Positions 55,968-64,000 of a stretch of DNA of 64,000 nt are shown in pieces; position 1 is the first letter of the stretch; each line of letters begins with the position of its first letter. The translations under genes were made by a program, and so were the position numbers. The stretch lies in assembly GCA_963664295.1 (NCBI GenBank), contig OY760935.1, positions 160,001 to 224,000 on the forward strand, given 5' to 3'. Under the pieces are notes generated by a model. It was given only the letters and a program-made list of their open reading frames with translations, made no database searches and was not told the DNA's origin. The DNA comes from Candidatus Altimarinota bacterium. Lineage in GTDB: Bacteria; Patescibacteriota; Gracilibacteria; CAIRYL01; GCA-016699755.

Positions 55968-56948
55968 ATGCATATTCTTCACGAAGAAATCGGTTTTCCA
56001 AAGATTACTTCTCAAAAAACTGAAGATAATAAAGCGATTTTCACAATTTCTCCTTTGCCATCTGGTTTTGGTATGACTATTGGAAATGCGCTTAGAAGAG
56101 TTCTTCTTTCTTATGTTCCTGGTAGTGCTATTACTGCGGCCAAGATTGAAGGCGTTTCTCATGAATACAGTACAATGTCCGGAGTGCAAGATAGCGCTCT
56201 TGATATTCTTTTAAATTTAAAAAGAGTTCCTGTTCGTAAACACAGTCAAGATGCTGAAATTGTCACTTTAACTGCAAAAGGTGAAGGTGATGTTTTAGCA
56301 AAAGACATTAAAACATCTTCTGATGTAGAAATTCTTGATCCTGACTTTGTAATAACTTCTTTAGACAAAAAAAGTTCTAGTTTAAAAATGGAACTAAGAA
56401 TTGAAAAAGGAGTTGGCTATATTCCAGCTACAGAAAGACAAAAAGATGAAACAGAAGCAGGCTGGATACTAATAGACGCAATATTTTCACCAATTGTAAA
56501 AGTAAAATACGATGTTTCTCCTGTTCGTGTTGGTCAAATGACTAACCTAGATAAACTTACAGTAGAAGTTGACACAAATGGCTCAATAGCCCCTGAAGAA
56601 GCAATGAAATTTTCTGCAAAAATTTTGGAAAAATATTTCAGCTTATTCCAAAAAGACGAATCAGAGTTTATAGAAGCTGATTATATTGCTGATTTTGATG
56701 CTCGCAAAAAAGTTGGCACAAGCGAAGAAGAAACAGAAGATGAAAAAGAAACTTACACACCAATCGAGGTGCTTAATTTTTCACCAAGAACATTAAATGC
56801 TCTTATTAACGGTGATATTGGCTCTGTTGAAGAACTTGTTGAATGCACAGAAGCAAAATTAGACACATTAAGAGGTTTTGGTAAAAAAGCAATGACAGAA
56901 GTAAGAGACAAGCTTGCTGAAAGAGGATTAAAATTAACTGATTCATAA
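55968..56948 (+). CDS. rpoA: RNA polymerase alpha subunit
   Basis: PL..GFG.TIGNALRRVLL, HEYST, IDA.FSP, alpha-CTD R..NAL...GFGKK. Confidence 0.97.
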   Translation: MHILHEEIGFPKITSQKTEDNKAIFTISPLPSGFGMTIGNALRRVLLSYVPGSAITAAKIEGVSHEYSTMSGVQDSALDILLNLKRVPVRKHSQDAEIVTLTAKGEGDVLAKDIKTSSDVEILDPDFVITSLDKKSSSLKMELRIEKGVGYIPATERQKDETEAGWILIDAIFSPIVKVKYDVSPVRVGQMTNLDKLTVEVDTNGSIAPEEAMKFSAKILEKYFSLFQKDESEFIEADYIADFDARKKVGTSEEETEDEKETYTPIEVLNFSPRTLNALINGDIGSVEELVECTEAKLDTLRGFGKKAMTEVRDKLAERGLKLTDS

Positions 56949-56964
56949 TTTATTTTTTTGAAAA

Positions 56965-57333
56965 ATGCGACATAGAAAAAGTTCAATAACAACTAGGTTA
57001 GGAAGAAGAAAAGGTCACAGAGAGCTTATGCTTCGTAATCTTTTAACTTCTTTGTTTTTAAACGACAAACTAAAAACAACAGAAGCAAAAGCAAAAATAG
57101 TTCGTTCTGAAGCAGAAAAGCTCATCACTAAGCTAAAAAGAAACGATAAGGCAAATGCAATTCGTGAAGCTAAAAAAGTTTTATTTACAGTTCCTGCTAC
57201 AAAAAAAGCTATTGAAGTAGCAGAAGGATATAAAGAAAAAAGCTCTGGCTATACACGTCTTACAAATGTTGGCATAAGAGAAGGTGATGCCTCAAAAATG
57301 GTTTTAATAGAATTTGTTGAAAATACGAAATGA
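56965..57333 (+). CDS. rplQ: 50S ribosomal protein L17
   Basis: MRHR...LGR...HR..ML, TT.AKAK, GYTR, R.GD. Confidence 0.96.
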   Translation: MRHRKSSITTRLGRRKGHRELMLRNLLTSLFLNDKLKTTEAKAKIVRSEAEKLITKLKRNDKANAIREAKKVLFTVPATKKAIEVAEGYKEKSSGYTRLTNVGIREGDASKMVLIEFVENTK

Positions 57334-57785
57334 AAACTTATTTACCAAAAGTCAAAGATATTCAAATGAATAGAGAATGGTATCTTCTTGATGCCAATGA
57401 AGTTTCTCCAGGAAGATTGGCTACTACAGCAGCCAGGATCTTGAGTGGAAAACATAAACCAACTTACACCCCACATCTAGATACAGGAGATGGTGTTATT
57501 ATTATTAACGCTTCAAAAGTTTATTTAAGTGGTTCAAAAAGAGAAAATAAGAAATATTATCGTCATTCTGGAAAACCAGGTGAATTAAAAGTGAAAAAAG
57601 CAGGCACAATGCTAGAAGATAATCCAGAAAAAATTATTTTACTCGCAGTAAAAGGTATGCTTGCAAAAAACAAGCACAGAAAAGATATTTTAAAGAGATT
57701 AAAAATTTATGCTGATGAAAATCATGCACAAGAGGCGCAGAAGCCAAAAACAATCTCTGTTGATGAATTTAATGTTAAATCTTAA
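57330..57785 (+). CDS. rplM: 50S ribosomal protein L13
   Basis: W...DA, GRLA, GKHKP.YTPH.D.GD, YYRHSG.PG, AVKGML. Confidence 0.97.
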   Translation: MKTYLPKVKDIQMNREWYLLDANEVSPGRLATTAARILSGKHKPTYTPHLDTGDGVIIINASKVYLSGSKRENKKYYRHSGKPGELKVKKAGTMLEDNPEKIILLAVKGMLAKNKHRKDILKRLKIYADENHAQEAQKPKTISVDEFNVKS

Positions 57786-57793
57786 TTTTAAAA

Positions 57794-58429
57794 ATGGCTG
57801 AAAAAGAAGAGAAAAAAACTACGGCAAAAAAAGCAGTAAAGAAAACTACAACTAAAAAAGAAACTGCAAAGAAGACTACTACAAAAAAAGCAACAGCAAA
57901 AACTACTGCAAAAAAAACTGTAGCTAAGAAAACTACAACTAAAAAAGAAGCTACAAAAACCACAAAAGTAGTTAAAAAAGAAAAAAGCAATGTTGTAAGC
58001 AAGAAAAAAGCAAGAAAACAAATTACTTTTTCTCTTACTGGTAAAAAATATTTTTATGCAGTAGGTAAAAGAAAAACATCTGTTGCTAGAGTTCGTCTTT
58101 ATGAAGGAGGCAGTGGTAAAGTGGAAATTAATGGCAAAGATATAAAAGATTATTTTTTTGGAATTTTGGGTCAAAATGCACTTTTCCCAGCCAAGCTTAC
58201 AGAAACTCAAAAATCTTTTGATATTACTGTAAAGGTTCTTGGTGGTGGTGTTAGTGCACAGGCTGATGCTACTCGTCATGGTATTGCTAGAGCATTAGTA
58301 GAGGCTGATCCAGAGTTTAGATCCGTTTTGAAAAAAGCTGGACTACTAAGTCGTGACTCAAGAGTAAAAGAAAGAAAGAAGCCAGGATTAAAAGGAGCAA
58401 GGCGTGCTCCTCAATGGCAAAAACGTTAA
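57794..58429 (+). CDS. rpsI: 30S ribosomal protein S9 with Lys/Thr/Ala-rich N-terminal extension
   Basis: [36 protein letters not shown]. Confidence 0.96.
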   Translation: MAEKEEKKTTAKKAVKKTTTKKETAKKTTTKKATAKTTAKKTVAKKTTTKKEATKTTKVVKKEKSNVVSKKKARKQITFSLTGKKYFYAVGKRKTSVARVRLYEGGSGKVEINGKDIKDYFFGILGQNALFPAKLTETQKSFDITVKVLGGGVSAQADATRHGIARALVEADPEFRSVLKKAGLLSRDSRVKERKKPGLKGARRAPQWQKR

Positions 58430-58439
58430 TGACTTTATT

Positions 58440-58465
58440 AAAACCGTCCTCAAGGCGGTTTTTTT
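58440..58465 (+). terminator. Terminator after rpsI (probably bidirectional with mutM)
   Basis: AAAACCGTC-CTCAA-GGCGGTTTTTTT. Confidence 0.75.
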
Positions 58466-58473
58466 ATAATTAT

Positions 58474-59286
58474 TTATTTTTGACACTTTTTACAATACAC
58501 AGTGCCTCTGCCCTCTAGGCGAGTTTTTTGAAGCACAGAGTTGCAGATAAAGCATTTTTTTCCACCACGACCATACACCATAAGTTTTTCCTGATTACTG
58601 CCTTTTTTATTATTGGCATCAACATAATCAGAAAAACTAGTGCCTCGATTAGAAATAGCCTTATTTAAAATCGGCACAATATTTTTATATATTTTTTTAA
58701 GCTCAGCTTTGCTTAATGAATTTGCTTGGCGCATAGGCTGAACACCAGATAAAAAAAGAATTTCATCAGCATAAATATTACCAATTCCAGCAACAATATT
58801 TTGTGCTAATAAATATTTTTTAATAGAACCTTTTTTGTTTTTTAGGTTTTTTTCAAAGTAATCAAAAGAAAAATTATCGTCAAGCGCATCAAAACCAAGC
58901 TTGCAAATACCAGTTTCTTTTTGAAAATTATCAAGACTACAAAGCCAAATTTTGCCAAAACGACGAATATCAGCAAAAATTAAGCTCTTATTATTAAAAT
59001 TAAGCCTCACTCGTTCAAATTTTTCTTTTTTTGAGTTTTTAGAGCGCAATAAAACACGACCAGTCATGCGTAAATGAATAGTGATAATTTTATTATCAAA
59101 GACAAGAGACAAAAATTTACCATGTCTTTTTATATCCCTTAAAACAGCGCCTTTGAGTTTATTAAACTCTTTTTCGCAAATATTAAGAGCTGTTTTGTCG
59201 CTTGTTATAATGTTTTCAAAGCTTTGTCCAAGAATATTTTTTTGCAAATCCCGGACAATAGTTTCAACTTCAGGAAGCTCAGGCAT
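58474..59286 (-). CDS. mutM: Formamidopyrimidine-DNA glycosylase
   Basis: MPELPEVET, R.GK, HLRMTG, D.RRFG, GIGNIYADE, Zn finger CFIC...CKKCQ. Confidence 0.97.
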   Translation of the reverse strand: MPELPEVETIVRDLQKNILGQSFENIITSDKTALNICEKEFNKLKGAVLRDIKRHGKFLSLVFDNKIITIHLRMTGRVLLRSKNSKKEKFERVRLNFNNKSLIFADIRRFGKIWLCSLDNFQKETGICKLGFDALDDNFSFDYFEKNLKNKKGSIKKYLLAQNIVAGIGNIYADEILFLSGVQPMRQANSLSKAELKKIYKNIVPILNKAISNRGTSFSDYVDANNKKGSNQEKLMVYGRGGKKCFICNSVLQKTRLEGRGTVYCKKCQK

Positions 59287-60297
59287 TTATCTATAATAAA
59301 GCATTATTTTAGAATTTTTTTCTTTAGGAAGCAAAGAAGAAACAGCTTTGCCCATAGGACCAAAAAGTTCGTCCCACGGAGAAATATATTCCGAATAATC
59401 AACAAGCTGAGCATTGGTAAGCCCATCTTTTTCTAGTTGAGATTGTAGGTCTTCAAGTCCACCAATGCTGTCTATTAGACCATTTTCAAGAGCTTGTTTA
59501 GCGGAATAAATTCTGCCATCTGCAAGTTGACGCACATCGTCAGTAGACATATTGCGACCATTAGCAACTTCGTTTACAAAATTTTCATAAGATTCGTCAA
59601 CAAGAGCTTGAAAAATAGCTCTTTCTTCTTCGTTTAATGTTGTAAATGGTGAACCCATATTTTTCATATCACCAGAGGTGATTGCAACCATATCAACACC
59701 AATTTTATTAAAAAGTTCTTCAGCATTAGGTATTTCCAAGATTACACCAATAGAGCCAATAAGGCTTTCTCTGTGAGCAAATATTTTGTCAGTTTGCGAG
59801 GCAATATAATATCCACCGCTTGCTGTCATGCTCTCTGTGAGTGTATATACTTTTTTTACCTTGTTAAGCTGTTTGAGTTTTTGCGCAATTTTATCAGAAT
59901 CAATCACAGTACCACCCGGAGAATCTATTTTAACCACTATTCCACGAATAAGCGGATCTTGTTCAATGTCATTTAATATTCTAAGCATTGACTCACTTGT
60001 TGTTCCATCATATAAACCAGTACTTTCATTGATAATCATGCCATCAATATGCACAATAGCTACATATTCCTCTGGTGAATTAAAATTGTCCACAAAAACC
60101 TCATTGCCATACCAATCAACATTAGTTTTTACAAAATTATTATTACTACTGTCTTGTGAAGATAAGCCACCAATAACTCCTAAAAGAAAAAAGCCAAAAA
60201 TTAAGAAATATAAAACACCTTTTATAAAAGCAAAAATTCTTTCAAGTTTGGATTTTCTTAGCTCAATTATTAAAGGCTCTTTTGGGTCAATTTTCAT
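59287..60297 (-). CDS. sppA: Signal peptide peptidase SppA (36K type, S49)
   Basis: IDSPGG, ASGGYYIA, GSIGV, G..K, ADGR. Confidence 0.93.
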   Translation of the reverse strand: MKIDPKEPLIIELRKSKLERIFAFIKGVLYFLIFGFFLLGVIGGLSSQDSSNNNFVKTNVDWYGNEVFVDNFNSPEEYVAIVHIDGMIINESTGLYDGTTSESMLRILNDIEQDPLIRGIVVKIDSPGGTVIDSDKIAQKLKQLNKVKKVYTLTESMTASGGYYIASQTDKIFAHRESLIGSIGVILEIPNAEELFNKIGVDMVAITSGDMKNMGSPFTTLNEEERAIFQALVDESYENFVNEVANGRNMSTDDVRQLADGRIYSAKQALENGLIDSIGGLEDLQSQLEKDGLTNAQLVDYSEYISPWDELFGPMGKAVSSLLPKEKNSKIMLYYR

Positions 60298-60345
60298 TTC
60301 TAATAATAAATAGCAGAAAAATACTAGCTTTTATTATTAAAAGGG

Positions 60346-61413
60346 TCAAATTTGTGTTTTATTTTTCATGCTCAATAAACCGCTTTTTATGACCAATTTT
60401 CTTAAAAAATTATTATACATAAAAGGGGACTTTAGGTTTTTAAATAAGATATTGGTTTTTAGTTTCTTGCAATTTTTTTTGTATATTTTTAAAAAGTTTT
60501 CAGGATTAGAATTAACAGCATCAGCAAGCGTAATGGAGCTTTTTATGGCAAAACTAAGCCCTTCTGCAGAGCTTGGACTAATCAGTCCCGAAGCTTCGCC
60601 AGCGAAAGCAATATTGTTATGACCAAAAAATATTTGAGAGGGCTTTTGTGGACGAAAAATGATTGCACCTTCTCTTTTGATTTTTTTATTAAACTTAAAG
60701 CCTTTTTTTCTAAGCTTACTTTTTAGTTTTTCGAATTTTTTTTGTGGATTTTGATTTTGCTCAAGAGCAGAGCCAATTAGTAGGTAGTTATTTTTTGGTA
60801 TTGTCCAAGAATAAAAATCAGTAATTTCTCTGTCAAAAATAGCAGAAAAATAAGGTAGATTATTTTTTTGCTCAAACCACTCCTGAATTGCTACATAAGC
60901 TTTTGGTAGACTGTTGGGAGTTAATTTTCTGCGCAAAATAGATCCTGCACCACTTGCATCAATTAATATTTTTGTTTTGATTTCTTTTAATAGATTGTTT
61001 TTTTGAAATTTTATTTTGATGTGGTCTATTTCTTGTTTGTAATCAACAAAAGTGCTATTTTGGCTTATTTCCACTGTTTTTGGAATTTGTAAAAAGAGCC
61101 AGTGATCAAATTGATGACGATCAAAATTAAGATAAAACCTTTGATAATTGCGCTCAAGATTGTTCTGAAAGTCCATTGTGCGCACAGCAAAAAGCTGAGG
61201 ATTTACTAAAATATCTTTTGGCAAAGCTAAGCCAAGTTCTCCTAATATTTTTTGTGCATCAGGGGCAAGTAGTCCACCACAACATTTTTTTATATTACTT
61301 TTGGAGTTTTTAAAGTCTTTATTATCTATCAATAAAGTTTTATATTTTTTGTTTATTTTTTGCGCCAAAATACTGCCGGCAGGTCCAGCACCAATTATAA
61401 CGATATCATACAT
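60346..61413 (-). CDS. FAD-dependent oxidoreductase, CbrA/geranylgeranyl reductase-like
   Basis: IIGAGPAG, KCCGGLLAPDAQK, NPQLF.V, GEA.GLISPSS.EG. Confidence 0.85.
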   Translation of the reverse strand: MYDIVIIGAGPAGSILAQKINKKYKTLLIDNKDFKNSKSNIKKCCGGLLAPDAQKILGELGLALPKDILVNPQLFAVRTMDFQNNLERNYQRFYLNFDRHQFDHWLFLQIPKTVEISQNSTFVDYKQEIDHIKIKFQKNNLLKEIKTKILIDASGAGSILRRKLTPNSLPKAYVAIQEWFEQKNNLPYFSAIFDREITDFYSWTIPKNNYLLIGSALEQNQNPQKKFEKLKSKLRKKGFKFNKKIKREGAIIFRPQKPSQIFFGHNNIAFAGEASGLISPSSAEGLSFAIKSSITLADAVNSNPENFLKIYKKNCKKLKTNILFKNLKSPFMYNNFLRKLVIKSGLLSMKNKTQI

Positions 61414-61460
61414 AAATACATCATAGAATAAGCAGGTTATTTCTGCAACTATGTGTTTCT

Positions 61461-61946
61461 CTAATCACATTTTTTTCCGCTTTCTGCAGTGCATGAAGTA
61501 TTGTCTGCATAAAGCTTAATTACTTTATTTGTACCAAAATTAACAGCTTGCCAGTTTTCTTCATCATCAGGATCAGCTGTTACTAGAGCAGGAATAAAAA
61601 TTTCATCACTGTTTTCATTAACAGCGTTATTAACAGAATTTCGAGAGCTAGCAGTCCAAAAAGCCTCTGAATCAGAAACTTCTTCAAGATTAACTCTAGT
61701 ATGATCATCATCTTCGCCATTATTAACAGCTTCAAAGCCTGCAGAATGGTCAGAAATTTCATAAAGCGCATTCTCTATTCCACTTTCTGCTGCCAAAAAA
61801 GCATTATTATTCCTTTCTACATTTTTTGAAGCCTTGGAAGAGCTTAAAATAACAGTACTTGCACCAACAGTCACTAAAGTCAAAAAACCTATAGTTAATA
61901 GTGCAATCGCAATAGCATTACCTTTTTTTATTTTTTTATTTTTCAT
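61461..61946 (-). CDS. PilX/GspK-like minor pilin (short)
   Basis: KKG|NAIAIAL hydrophobic helix without Glu5; AF.AAESGIE.AL motif. Confidence 0.75.
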   Translation of the reverse strand: MKNKKIKKGNAIAIALLTIGFLTLVTVGASTVILSSSKASKNVERNNNAFLAAESGIENALYEISDHSAGFEAVNNGEDDDHTRVNLEEVSDSEAFWTASSRNSVNNAVNENSDEIFIPALVTADPDDEENWQAVNFGTNKVIKLYADNTSCTAESGKKCD

Positions 61947-62893
61947 AGTTCTGAGAATAAAACATTGTTATAAACACGAGAAGAAGCGGTTGTTTGTAGG
62001 AAGATTGTTGAATTAGGTCCGCTTAATTGAAGCGCTTTTTTGCCATTAAAAGAAGCTTTTAAGGCAATGGTGACATGGGGTTGCATTTGTACGTCTTTTC
62101 CTTCTTCGTTAAAAGCTTTTCTTGGATCCTCCAAGGGTGCAACATAAAAACTTAAATCTTCTACTTTGACCAATGGGGGAGTAATTGAATAAAAATGCAG
62201 ACAATGACTATTGTCTCCTAGCTCAATCCAGCTATTGCCGTTAATACAGTCAGTTTCATTAACTTCAGTCCCCATGTAATCATCATGAGCAACCCAGGAG
62301 TCATTTAAGCCATTTCCGTCCATATCAGCAACAACCATTTTTGCAATAGCCAGGCTTTCTAGCCCTGTGTCATTTGCTCCGCCGTCGTCAATTGCACCTG
62401 AAAAATCATCATCAATTCCATTGCCAATTCTTTTGAGAATTGTTTTTGTCTTGCCGTCAGCAGATATTAAATAAAGCTCATCTTGTTTGTTTGTTTGAAT
62501 AGCTTTTTGCGTAGGATCATCGTCATCAGCAAGAGTGTTTGCATTGGTGGAAAAATATCCTTCATGCATATTGCGAGAGTCTTTATCTGCGTAATAGAAA
62601 TAAAATCTTTTTTCATATTCTTGAGCATTTTCTCCATAATTTGTAGCTCCTTGTGTTTCTATTGAAAAATATTCTTCAAAATCAATAGTGTTTACTCTAA
62701 CTTCTCTGATTATTCTTTCTGTCAAAAAGCGGGCTTCTTGATAAAGCTCATTTAGTGCTTTTTGTTTTTTTTGTGCTTGATAATAACTCACAACAGTAGT
62801 ACTCACCATAACCATTAAAGTTGCAAAGATGCCAATGGCAACAAGCACTTCCACTAATGTGTAGCCTTTTTTGATATTTTTTTTAGTCTGCAT
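61943..62893 (-). CDS. PilW/GspJ-like minor pilin
   Basis: KKG|YTLVEVLVA; E.I.RE.R; QP.VTI...QTT.SSR; start set at ATG 62893. Confidence 0.85.
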   Translation of the reverse strand: MQTKKNIKKGYTLVEVLVAIGIFATLMVMVSTTVVSYYQAQKKQKALNELYQEARFLTERIIREVRVNTIDFEEYFSIETQGATNYGENAQEYEKRFYFYYADKDSRNMHEGYFSTNANTLADDDDPTQKAIQTNKQDELYLISADGKTKTILKRIGNGIDDDFSGAIDDGGANDTGLESLAIAKMVVADMDGNGLNDSWVAHDDYMGTEVNETDCINGNSWIELGDNSHCLHFYSITPPLVKVEDLSFYVAPLEDPRKAFNEEGKDVQMQPHVTIALKASFNGKKALQLSGPNSTIFLQTTASSRVYNNVLFSEL

Positions 62894-63575
62894 AGTTTTC
62901 ACGGGCATAATAATCAGTAAGAGTTTGAGCCAATACAACCTCATGGCTCACATTTTCTTCCTGCCATGTGACAGTAGATTTAACCAAAATTCGATTATCT
63001 TTTGCTGGGTCAGCAGGAAAATCACCATCAATACTGTCAATATAAGTTATTTCAATATCACGTCTGAAGTTTGTTTTTGTGTTTCCTGTTGGCTTATGAG
63101 TATAAAGATTATTGCTATTTAAATATAGTTCTGAGCTAAGACTTGAGCTATTTGGTATTGGTATCAATGCCCAACGATAATTAGTTTCATCAAAATCAAC
63201 AATAAAATCTCTGACAAAGTTTCCATCACTAAGTTTGCCAAAAGGATGATTATTTTGATCATCACCAACACTAATATTACAAGCTAAATCATCGTCATCA
63301 ACTTCGCCATCTTCGTCGGTATTATCCCAAAAATTCCAGCATTGACGCATATTTGCACTCCAGGTCATCCAGTTTGTATCGCGCATATTGCGTACAGCTT
63401 CAATGCCTTCACGAGCAAGATTGAGAGCAACAATTCGGTTTTTGTTTACAGAATTAGCATGAATAGCAGAGCTAATTAGGGCAGTAGCGCCAGCTAAGCC
63501 CATGCCAAAAATAAACAATGAGACTAAAACCTCAATCATGACAGAGCCTTTTTTTGTTTTTTTCTTAAAAAACAT
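62883..63575 (-). CDS. PilV/GspI-like minor pilin
   Basis: KKG|SVMIEVLV; A.NLAREGIEAVRN.RD; FRR.I.I...V.S.V.W. Confidence 0.85.
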   Translation of the reverse strand: MFFKKKTKKGSVMIEVLVSLFIFGMGLAGATALISSAIHANSVNKNRIVALNLAREGIEAVRNMRDTNWMTWSANMRQCWNFWDNTDEDGEVDDDDLACNISVGDDQNNHPFGKLSDGNFVRDFIVDFDETNYRWALIPIPNSSSLSSELYLNSNNLYTHKPTGNTKTNFRRDIEITYIDSIDGDFPADPAKDNRILVKSTVTWQEENVSHEVVLAQTLTDYYARENYAD

Positions 63576-64000
63576 TATTTTTTATTAATTTCAAAAAATT
63601 TAGATATTTTATTAACCTTAAAATTATAGGTTTGTTCAGCAAACCTAGATTCTAAATCAAAGCTTAAATTATTAAAGTTATTGCTTGCATTATCGCCAAT
63701 AATCATACTTGCATCAACAGGCAAGAAAATAATTACAGCTTCTGTTATATCTGTGCCATCGCCTTGCAAAGAATTTATTTCAACATATTCTGATAGTTCA
63801 TGAATTTTTGCATCAGGTATTATGTAGTCATTTAGTTCATCATAAAGACCATCAGGAGCATCAATCGGATCAACATCAGCAAAAGTTGTGAAAGTAGCCT
63901 TTTTTTCACCATCAATTTCTTCAGTTTTTATATAAATACCATAGCCACCCTCAGGAACTTCGCCATTGCCATCACTATCCCAATCTAAAACTTTATTTGT
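63575..64000 (-). CDS. 5'-truncated FimT/GspH-like minor pilin
   Basis: Frame open to the window edge: TNKVLDWDSDGNGEVPEGGYGIYI...FADVDPIDAPDGLYD...; position in the minor pilin operon. Confidence 0.6.
   Translation of the reverse strand, partial: TNKVLDWDSDGNGEVPEGGYGIYIKTEEIDGEKKATFTTFADVDPIDAPDGLYDELNDYIIPDAKIHELSEYVEINSLQGDGTDITEAVIIFLPVDASMIIGDNASNNFNNLSFDLESRFAEQTYNFKVNKISKFFEINKK

Noticed and set aside
57775-58279. Hydrophobic or Cys-rich antisense ORFs 57775..58002 and 57788..58279
   Set aside because: Reverse-complement shadows of the S9 Lys/Thr repeat
1-64000. Alternative genetic code 25 (UGA=Gly) as in Gracilibacteria/Absconditabacteria
   Set aside because: Conserved genes are full length under code 11, and TGA falls at the natural ends of secE, rplQ, folD and rmlD

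Overview
AT-rich, gene-dense 64 kb chromosomal segment. It most likely comes from a Patescibacteria (CPR) genome, probably Peregrinibacteria-like. This is an inference from the SLH protein, the PrgI/TraC-like pair, type IV pilus genes, the UvrD-PD(D/E)XK fusion, broken ribosomal operons and the many orphans. The genetic code is standard code 11 (TGA is the true stop of secE, rplQ, folD and rmlD). Most of the window is housekeeping: gltX, recJ, rsmH-ftsL, tsaC, aspS, rlmN, secE-nusG-rplK-rplA, mnmA, uvrC, holA, uppP, tilS-rnc-nusB-rpmF, folD-tmk, rml/GT2, infA-rpmJ-rpsM-rpsK-rpsD-rpoA-rplQ-rplM-rpsI, mutM, sppA, pilB, pilD and minor pilins. No tRNA, rRNA, CRISPR array, transposase or integrase was seen. 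The most notable observations are: (1) a self-contained GC-rich single-gene cassette bounded by 18-bp direct repeats, with its own promoter, boxA-like site, hairpin-rich leader, strong SD and terminator, directly after the PrgI/TraC-like module; (2) UvrC with a GNAT acetyltransferase domain inserted in its RNase H-like nuclease domain; (3) a 1342-aa lipoprotein with a 32-aa helical repeat array with variable centres; (4) a modular, nested palindromic REP-like repeat family at three loci; (5) many genes with a -10 box 6-8 nt before the start codon, suggesting leaderless mRNAs; (6) a half-length (split) CarB, an SBPase-like FBPase, an L1-leader-like RNA in front of an inserted gene, and DnaA boxes upstream of rsmH-ftsL. 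All calls come from motif recognition by eye; no database searches were run.
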